Source of the DNA: Candidatus Poribacteria bacterium
GTDB lineage: Bacteria > Poribacteria > WGA-4E > WGA-3G
Assembly: GCA_963666175.2 (NCBI GenBank)
Contig: CAXXTN010000003.1
Span: 33,740 to 97,739, forward strand
DNA length: 64,000 nucleotides
Direction of reading: 5' to 3'
Position numbers and translations under genes: made by a program. The notes under the pieces were generated by a model. The model ran no database searches. It worked only from the letters and a program-made list of their open reading frames with translations, and was not told the origin of the DNA. Of this stretch, positions 1 to 7,112 are shown piece after piece (the stretch's first letter is position 1; each line of letters starts with the position of its first letter).

Positions 1-330
1 TTTTGCTTTTGAGATAGCATGCTCCGTGGCACGTACCATCGGAAGATATCCGAGTGTGCCATTTCCATCAAGCACAACAGCAGTTGGGGTTTCACGGATG
101 ATTCGTATATTAGGCTTGGGATTCAGGCTGCCGTTTTCAAAACCGCCGCAGTAACCGCTTAACGTCCGTGTCCCGTGACTACGGACACCACGCAAATCAG
201 AATTGACAAGCAAACGGCTGATCAATGCGGCATGTTCGTGTGTTATACCTGCTTTTTCAAAACAAGCTGTGCTAAACTTGAGAAGTTTCTCTTCATCTAC
301 ACGAATAAATTCTTCTGGTGGTCTATTCAT
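1..330 (-). CDS. Ldh_2-family (malate/L-lactate/ureidoglycolate-type) dehydrogenase, N-terminal part; the gene runs off the window
   Basis: Hand translation of the minus strand from ATG at 330 gives MNRPPEEFIRVDEEKLLKFSTACFEKAGITHEHAALISRLLVNSDLRGVRSHGTRTLSGYCGGF... GAGGAG RBS at 338-343. Paralogous to the complete ORF 27155..28216 (same DL.G..SHG region). Confidence 0.7.
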   Translation of the reverse strand, partial: MNRPPEEFIRVDEEKLLKFSTACFEKAGITHEHAALISRLLVNSDLRGVRSHGTRTLSGYCGGFENGSLNPKPNIRIIRETPTAVVLDGNGTLGYLPMVRATEHAISKAK

Positions 331-402
331 ATTGTTTCTCCTCTATGCTGATGATATGATTGTCAACATGTTCTTATTTTGATTATTATATCACAATCTT
401 GG

Positions 403-420
403 TTTAGACCGTGGTCTAAA
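403..420. promoter_or_regulatory. Perfect 8-2-8 palindrome TTTAGACC-GT-GGTCTAAA upstream of the Ldh_2 gene (candidate operator or hairpin)
   Basis: Read directly from the sequence; it lies 73-90 nt upstream of the ATG at 330 on the minus strand. Confidence 0.25.
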
Positions 421-520
421 TTTTGATGACAGTACAGAAACTGTGGTGAAGCATAGAATTATATCTACACTTTCTATCAAAGGTAGGCGAGGTTAGGAAA
501 CCGAACCAACAATGGAAGAG

Positions 521-1299
521 CCACATCATCGTGGTTAGAAACCCCTCCAACAATGGAAGAGCCACATCATCGTGGTTAGAAACCCCTCCAACAATGGAAG
601 AGCCACATCATCGTGGTTAGAAACCACTCCAACAATAGAAGAGCCACATCATCGTGGTTAGAAACCACTCCAACAATAGAAGAGCCACATCATCGTGGTT
701 AGAAACCACTCCAACAATGGAAGAGCCACATCATCGTGGTTAGAAACCCCTCCAACAATGGAAGAGCCACATCATCGTGGTTAGAAACCACTCCAACAAT
801 AGAAGAGCCACATCATCGTGGTTAGAAACCCCTCCAACAATAGAAGAGCCACATCATCGTGGTTAGAAACCACTCCAACAATGGAAGAGCCACATCATCG
901 TGGTTAGAAACCCCTCCAACAATGGAAGAGCCACATCATCGTGGTTAGAAACCCCTCCAACAATGGAAGAGCCACATCATCGTGGTTAGAAACCCCTCCA
1001 ACAATGGAAGAGCCACATCATCGTGGTTAGAAACCCCTCCAACAATGGAAGAGCCACATCATCGTGGTTAGAAACCCCTCCAACAATGGAAGAGCCACAT
1101 CATCGTGGTTAGAAACCCCTCCAACAATGGAAGAGCCACATCATCGTGGTTAGAAACCACTCCAACAATAGAAGAGCCACATCATCGTGGTTAGAAACCC
1201 CTCCAACAATGGAAGAGCCACATCATCGTGGTTAGAAACCACTCCAACAATAGAAGAGCCACATCATCGTGGTTAGAAACCACTCCAACAATGGAAGAG
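521..1299. repeat. Tandem array of 19 head-to-tail copies of a 41-bp unit, CCACATCATCGTGGTTAGAAACC[A/C]CTCCAACAAT[G/A]GAAGAG
   Basis: I counted the units one by one. They abut with no spacers. Only two sites vary, and all four allele combinations occur (CC/G x10, AC/A x5, AC/G x3, CC/A x1). 41 is not a multiple of 3, and no ORF of 60 aa or more crosses the array on either strand. Confidence 0.95.
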
Positions 1300-1714
1300 G
1301 GGTTGGGTAATCGCTAAATTGACGCCTATGGTTCGGTTAGGAAACCGAACCTACCGTATTGTGTAAATAATTATGATTTTTACTATGAGATAAAACGCGT
1401 TTGTAGTCGCGCAATTGATTGCGCCTCTTGCATTCACTGGTAGGACTGGTTTCTCTCCCGATTGTCCCATTCTTGCCAACATCAAGTTCAGTCTATTCCA
1501 CCAATGGTACTTTGAAACATCAGACTCATAATCCTGTAAATCTACTAATCCTGTAAATCTTGGTTCAGACAAAAAGGAATACAAACCCATAACAAGATTA
1601 ACGTTAGAGAATAATATTGAACAAGAATCCTTAAAACTAAATACCCCTGATCATCCAATGACATGTATGGATAATATTAAGACGATATGTTATCCTATAA
1701 TGAGGAGGGATAAC

Positions 1715-2203
1715 ATGAAACATTTGTGGATAAAACGCACTATACAGATTATAGGGTGTGTTGTGCTTTTTAGCATCATTGCATGGGCACAAAAGGATGA
1801 AGCACTCGTGCAGGAAGGTCTTACCTTGACGGATCTCGGTGTGACAGCGGAACAGAAGACCCAAATTGAAGTCATGTGGAAACTAAAACGTCAGAAACAT
1901 TTAGATGCAGTCAAAGAGCTCAAGACACTGAATCGACTTGTTAAGGATTCGCTAATTGGAGATGAGGAGATTCGGAAAACATTGGAGAATTTTCGATCGA
2001 AACGGAAGGAATTACAGACGCAAATTGATAAGTCAGAGACAAAGTTAATAGAAGTTTTATCCCCACGTGCACAACTTCATCTGACGGTATTAGGTGTTTT
2101 AGAAAACGGTTTACCACGTAGAATTCTCAAGACTCAAAAAGACAAATCAGCACCAGAAAAAAGCAGTGATGCTGCATCTCCTACTGAAAAACCTGCCCAA
2201 TAA
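1715..2203 (+). CDS. Secreted coiled-coil protein, Spy/CpxP-like (LTxxQ-type motifs)
   Basis: GAGGAGGGA RBS at 1702-1710 precedes the ATG at 1715. Signal peptide MKHLWIKRTIQIIGCVVLFSIIAWA. Motifs LGVTAEQKTQI and LSPRAQLHL sit in a charged helical protein. Confidence 0.5.
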   Translation: MKHLWIKRTIQIIGCVVLFSIIAWAQKDEALVQEGLTLTDLGVTAEQKTQIEVMWKLKRQKHLDAVKELKTLNRLVKDSLIGDEEIRKTLENFRSKRKELQTQIDKSETKLIEVLSPRAQLHLTVLGVLENGLPRRILKTQKDKSAPEKSSDAASPTEKPAQ

Positions 2204-2206
2204 AAA

Positions 2207-2282
<76 letters not shown>

Positions 2283-2301
2283 ACCTGCTTCAACTGATTT
2301 A

Positions 2302-2330
2302 ATGATAACACATTGGGGCATGAAAAGCAA
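2302..2330 (-). promoter_or_regulatory. Possible sigma-70 promoter for tRNA-Ala (TTGCTT-N17-TATCAT)
   Basis: Hexamers read on the minus strand about 20 nt upstream of the tRNA 5' end. Confidence 0.3.
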
Positions 2331-2396
2331 ATTATTTTCTTCTGTGCAATTATCTGCGTGACACGATGAAACAGATGTCATTGCCCACAACTCTGA

Positions 2397-2771
2397 GGTG
2401 TGTAAAGTTTTTGTCACCGTAGGTGTCAATTCAAGTGAAAAACCTGTAATCTATTGTAGGGCGTGGTCTCTGTGCCCCGCCATTCCTTGTCCTGTAAGGC
2501 ACCGGGCGGGCACAGAGACCCGCCCCTACAATTCATGGTGAGAAGTTAGTGCCAAAAACTTTACACACCATGGGCGTCAATTTAAGGATAACCGCATTTG
2601 TTGGAGGGGTTTGTAACCCCGAATTTTTGAGCAAAAACCTGAAAATCGGGGTTACAAACCCCTCCAACAATGGAAAAGCCACATAATCGTGGTTAGAAAC
2701 CACTCCAACAATGGAAGCGGGGTTGGGTAATTGCTAAATTGACGCCTATAGTGCCAAAAACTTTACACACC
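2397..2771. mobile_element. Composite MITE with terminal inverted repeats GGTGTGTAAAGTTTTTG(T/G)CAC, flanked by the direct repeat CACAACTCTG
   Basis: Left TIR at 2397-2417, right TIR at 2751-2771, plus an internal extra right-TIR copy at 2549-2569. The 10-bp direct repeat is at 2386-2395 and 2772-2781. The interior carries an approximately 28-bp-stem palindrome (2452-2531) and GGTT..AACC hairpin modules. Confidence 0.75.
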
Positions 2772-2946
2772 CACAACTCTGTTTCACCTTGACATTATTT
2801 ATGCTACGATATATAATCCATTCATTGCACATACGTCAAGAGTGGTTTCTTATTTCAACAATTTTAAGGAAACTCTATATGTAAAACAATAATAAGTTGA
2901 ATATAATCTCTTGACATATAGTTAACTCAATATAGGATAAACCATA

Positions 2947-3312
2947 ATGGAACCATTAGTTAATTTCTTTCTTATAAGTATCACTCTTATATTCCAATTA
3001 GTATTTATGGCGTGTTTTCTGTTTTTATACATTAAAACAAAGTCTAAGGGAGTCATCCTGATTTGGATAACACTGCTTATTGGGAAAACCCTCCATTGGT
3101 TAACTTTCAAACTATACTTAAATGTTTTCAGTAATAATTCTGGTATTGGTAGTTTAAGTGCTATTGAGTTGTTCTCCATAGCAAACCATATTATTGGTTG
3201 GTTAATTCTGTTACTATCTGCGTGTGGGATCATAATTATCTATAATGAATGGAAGCAAGGTAAGTTTCAGAATACTTTGCCTATACACAAACCTGGAATT
3301 GATTTACGTTAG
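2947..3312 (+). CDS. Small hydrophobic membrane protein (3-4 TM), unknown function
   Basis: ORF with hydrophobic segments (ISITLIFQLVFMACFLFLYI, VILIWITLLIG, IIGWLILLLSACGIIIIY). AT-rich, with no recognisable family. Confidence 0.4.
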   Translation: MEPLVNFFLISITLIFQLVFMACFLFLYIKTKSKGVILIWITLLIGKTLHWLTFKLYLNVFSNNSGIGSLSAIELFSIANHIIGWLILLLSACGIIIIYNEWKQGKFQNTLPIHKPGIDLR

Positions 3313-3348
3313 AATCATATCAAACACAGAATTACCAATTGACCTTGA

Positions 3349-4029
3349 ATGAAAATCTTAGGTATTGACACCTCAACTCCTATCGGCAGTGTTGCTCTCA
3401 TAGACGATGAGAACATAGTGGCCGAACATACCCTCAATATCAAACAAGCCCACTCCTCCCGATTGATGCCCGCCATTGATACCGTTCTAAAATGGGGAGA
3501 GATTACACCACACGAATTACATGGATGTGCAGTTGGTATCGGACCTGGTTCGTTTACTGGCATCCGTATCGGCGTTGCAACAGCGAAATCACTCTGCTAC
3601 GCAGCAGACAAACCGATTGTCGGTGTATCAACATTAGAAGCAATTGCATATAATCTCCGATGGACTGATGGTCTTATCTGTCCGATTCTTGATGCACGAC
3701 GTAGTGAAATCTACGGCAGTATCTTTCAAGGTGGCGAAAAATGGCAACGTCTTGCTGACGATCTCTGTTTATCTATTGATGCATTTTTGGATGAACTTCA
3801 AAGTCATATCTCATCGGATGCTACTCCCATTTTTGTAGGAGATGGACTTGCTACTTATGGAGATGTAATTCGTGAGCGACTTGGTGAAACGGAACCGTTT
3901 GCAGATCCGATCTTTAATGTGCCACGTGGGTCAACTGTTGCAATACTCAGCGCGCAACGTCTGAAACAAGGGGACACTGATAGTTATTGGACTTTAGTAC
4001 CAAACTATGTTAGAATTGGATTGTATTGA
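3349..4029 (+). CDS. tsaB: tRNA t6A37 threonylcarbamoyl-transfer protein TsaB (YeaZ)
   Basis: MKILGIDTST...GSVALI...GIGPGSFTGIRIGVATAKSL is the typical TsaB N-terminal ASKHA fold signature. Confidence 0.85.
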   Translation: MKILGIDTSTPIGSVALIDDENIVAEHTLNIKQAHSSRLMPAIDTVLKWGEITPHELHGCAVGIGPGSFTGIRIGVATAKSLCYAADKPIVGVSTLEAIAYNLRWTDGLICPILDARRSEIYGSIFQGGEKWQRLADDLCLSIDAFLDELQSHISSDATPIFVGDGLATYGDVIRERLGETEPFADPIFNVPRGSTVAILSAQRLKQGDTDSYWTLVPNYVRIGLY

Positions 4030-4101
4030 TTCTGGATACAAACCTACATTCATATTAATCTTGGATAGCCTACCTGTTTTTTCTTTTCATTCTACCATAA
4101 A

Positions 4102-5526
4102 ATGAACCGTATTCTAAAAAATACATCTACGTTGTTCGGTGCACACCTCCTCGGTGGCCTTAGTTCGCTCATATTAACACTCTGGTTGATGCCTCAGTTT
4201 TTTACGGAGAACGAATTAGGTGGCTACTTTGTTGCAATTGCCTTAACCAATCTGATCGCAAGCCTAACAGAACTCGGCATACAAAACCCATTAATCCGTG
4301 AAATGACACTCAATCTATCCCAAACGCGTCATTTTCTCGGTAACGCACTTCTTGTCCGACTTGTCTTGTCTGTAATCGCATACACGCTCATGATTGTCAT
4401 CGGTATCATTTTATGGTCTACCTCGGCAATCGTTACAATGGTCGTTTATTTAGGGTTAGCAGAGATTATCAATTCCATCGCACAACTCTATAGATCCGTC
4501 TTCCGAGCGCATGAAGAGATGAAATATGAAGCGTTGACAGTACTGGCAGAACGTGGAACACTATTTCTCGTGGGTGGTGGGGCAATCCTACTCGGATATA
4601 ACATTGTAAATGTATGTCAAGTTTGGTTATTTGCAGCTTGTCTTAACCTTGTTCTGAGTATAGCATTTGCGCGATTCCGCTTCACACCGCTAAGTTTTAA
4701 ACCGAGTCGGAAGGTGATAGTAGTGCTGATGCGGCAAGCACTCCCCTTTGCAGTTGGCAATTTGTTCAATTTAGTCTATTTTCGGATTGATGCAATCATG
4801 CTGTCAAAACTTAGTCCGGATGGCGTAGATGCGAACACTTGGTATGGATTAGCATATACGTTAGTCAACGCTTTAACAATCTTACCGGGGGCATTTCTGA
4901 TGGGAGCAATGTTTCCTGTGCTATCTCGTGTGTATGTAAATGAACGCGATAGGTTACCGCAAGCATACACATTCGCTGTGCGGTGGATGGTGATATGTGG
5001 GATACCATTAACAATTGGACTTGCCACACTCTCACACGAAATTCCAAAACTGCTGTTTTCTTCTCGGTATACACCAGATACTATAGAGAAGATTTCCTCT
5101 GCATTATTATGGTTAAGTGCAACAGGTGGCATGGTTTTCTTGTCAACTGTCGTTATAACAATGCTTCGCGCTGCGGATAAACGCCGTGTGTTTTCAATAC
5201 TTATGGGAACAACGGCACTTCTGAACATCATTTTGAACTTTATACTAATTCCGCGACTCAACCACATAGGTGCAGCAATTGCAATGGTAATCAGTGAGAT
5301 ATATCTGTTGATCATTGGGTTTAGCTACATTTCCAAACGGATTGCAAAACTGACTGAGTTCAGTTTTATTTTCAAGGTTGTTATCATTTCTGCTGTGATG
5401 GGAATAGGTTTGGTGTTGTTGAAAGGGGTTCTGTCTATATGGATTTTGATTCCGTTGGCGATGATCTTTTATTTCGGTGGAATCGTACTTTGGGGTGAGT
5501 TTTGGATTGGGTTTGAATCTGACTAA
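4102..5526 (+). CDS. MOP/Wzx-type oligosaccharide or polysaccharide flippase
   Basis: 474-aa polytopic protein (about 12-14 TM) whose layout matches polysaccharide biosynthesis flippases. Confidence 0.65.
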   Translation: MNRILKNTSTLFGAHLLGGLSSLILTLWLMPQFFTENELGGYFVAIALTNLIASLTELGIQNPLIREMTLNLSQTRHFLGNALLVRLVLSVIAYTLMIVIGIILWSTSAIVTMVVYLGLAEIINSIAQLYRSVFRAHEEMKYEALTVLAERGTLFLVGGGAILLGYNIVNVCQVWLFAACLNLVLSIAFARFRFTPLSFKPSRKVIVVLMRQALPFAVGNLFNLVYFRIDAIMLSKLSPDGVDANTWYGLAYTLVNALTILPGAFLMGAMFPVLSRVYVNERDRLPQAYTFAVRWMVICGIPLTIGLATLSHEIPKLLFSSRYTPDTIEKISSALLWLSATGGMVFLSTVVITMLRAADKRRVFSILMGTTALLNIILNFILIPRLNHIGAAIAMVISEIYLLIIGFSYISKRIAKLTEFSFIFKVVIISAVMGIGLVLLKGVLSIWILIPLAMIFYFGGIVLWGEFWIGFESD

Positions 5527-5602
5527 AAATCGCCTATGCAAACCCTGTCTTGTCCTGCGTAAAGCTATCTCCAACAAGTCATCCAAACTGGCATGGTGTT
5601 CC

Positions 5603-6050
5603 TTGACATACTCACCGAGCTAAAGCTCTGGTGATTCTTTTGAATGAATCACACAAGCGATTGTGGTATCAACGACTTTGTTTAGAAAACCTAACAGGCA
5701 TTCCAGTGACAAAAGCCTACTCCAACAGTTGATGCCCCAACTGCACCTCCAAAGGAGGTCTTAAGAAACATTTTCACGTGTGAATATCAATGGGATGAGT
5801 TTTGAAACTTCTTTCCCTAACACGCAACAGATGTTTTGAAAACTTTAGCAGTATTGAATAGCAAGGCTTTTACGTGATTGTTTCACTGCTGAGCTATCTG
5901 CCGTAGCATCAATCACAACCAATGCCGATTGCTAAAGACATTGTAGCAAAGGTTCCTGAAATTGGCAAGACTTTTTACAAAATAATTCAAAGGACGGTGT
6001 CTACATCCCCGTGCTAAAGCAACGGGGTTTTGACACCGAAGGTATGATAA
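5603..6050 (+). mobile_element. 448-bp non-coding element, copy A (starts TTGACATACTC + CTAAAG-loop hairpin; ends with a nested GGTGTC..CCCCG-TGCTAAAGCA-CGGGG..GACACC hairpin)
   Basis: Identical in length to 13694..14141, with one mismatch seen by eye (gctgaGctatc vs gctgaActatc). The flanks are unrelated. No ORF of 60 aa or more. Confidence 0.85.
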
Positions 6051-6300
6051 CGAAAAATATCAATGGAGTTCCCACAACGTTTTTGCCTAATACGAACCTT
6101 TTAGAAATCAAGTATCCTAACCTAAGTTGGTACCTACAGAGTGTGTAAAGTTTTTGTCACCGTAGGCATCAATCCAAGTGAAAAACCTGCAACCTATTGT
6201 ATGGCGGGGTCTCTGTGCCCCGCCATACCTGTCCTGTAAGGTGACGTGCGGGCACAGAGACCCGGGGAATGCCATAAGCGCATTCATACCCGGGGAACGC

Positions 6301-6423
6301 CTAATGAAGATTGATTTATTAAACGGGTAATTATAATCACGCCAAAACTGGTAGTAGGCGCGCTTTGTAAGCGCGCTGGACTTTGATCTCAAATTACCCA
6401 ATTTATTTCTTAATCTTCATTAG
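6301..6423. mobile_element. 123-bp MITE with TIRs CTAATGAAGATT / AATCTTCATTAG
   Basis: The TIRs were read directly. The interior (gggtaatttgagatcaaagtccagcgcgcttacaaagcgcgcc) recurs in reverse orientation at 14396..14543, and partially near 6660-6735, 13490-13550, 15500-15575 and 19770-19925. Confidence 0.75.
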
Positions 6424-6907
6424 GGACACTATGTTTGTAGAAAACATTACAATGAATCTCTTGAGTTCCGTAGGAACGGAATGTGGATACCCCAAACAAA
6501 GTCCAAACATTCCGTTCCTACGGAACTCAAGAAGGGATTGTATAACCTGATCTATAAACATAGCGTCCCTATGGGACTGAAGACATCAATATCAGGCAAC
6601 CATAAGCCACATAATTGATGCCATACGCGTATTCGTCAAAGGCATTCATACCGTTGATTTCTTGATTTGGCGCTTTGTAAGCGCTCTGGACTTTGATCTC
6701 AAATTACCCGATTTATTTTTTAATCTTCATTAGGAACTCAAGAAGGGATTGTATAACCTGATCTATAAACATAGCGTCCCTATGGGACTGAAGACATCAA
6801 TATCAGGCAACCATAAGCCACATAATTGATGCCATACGCGTATTCGTCAAAGGCATTCATACCCGGGGAACGCCAAAAGGCGTTCATACCGTTGATTTCT
6901 TGATTTG
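6424..6907. repeat. Mosaic of hairpin modules, including a nested long palindrome
   Basis: Inner palindrome: CTTGAGTTCCGTAGGAACGGAATGT ... ACATTCCGTTCCTACGGAACTCAAG. It sits inside GGGACaCTATGTTTgTAG ... CTAtAAACATAGcGTCCC. The block 6521-6640 is repeated at 6741-6860. Confidence 0.8.
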
Positions 6908-6965
6908 GAGGTTTCCTAACCTCGTCTATGCAGAGTGTTCAAGTAATGTCAAAATTTACTATAAA
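6908..6965 (+). repeat. Partial copy (right half) of the 105-bp REP-hairpin element, upstream of the ECF sigma-clamp gene
   Basis: ggaggtttcctaacctcgtctatgcagagtgttcaagtaatgtcaaaatttactataa aligns with 8929-8985 and 22839-22895. Confidence 0.8.
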
Positions 6966-7112
6966 TTCTGACCTTTCCTGTGTAAAATGTAAAAATGATT
7001 CTGAAATCTATCATAGTATCATCTCCAAAGTCATTCAAAATTGTGCAACAATTTCTGTAATACTCGCGTCTTTATATACGAATGAATACAGACACGTTTT
7101 ATGGAGTTATTT

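Noticed and set aside
521-1299. CRISPR array
   Set aside because: The 41-bp units abut directly with no spacers. Only two SNP sites vary, and there are no cas genes or leader in the window. It is a plain tandem repeat.
4776-5315. Long antisense ORFs inside real genes (also 30760..31404, 32376..32936, 54864..55379, 57550..57948 and 27310..27771)
   Set aside because: These are shadow ORFs on the opposite strand of well-supported genes. They have a biased Ser/Arg/Ile-rich composition and no RBS.
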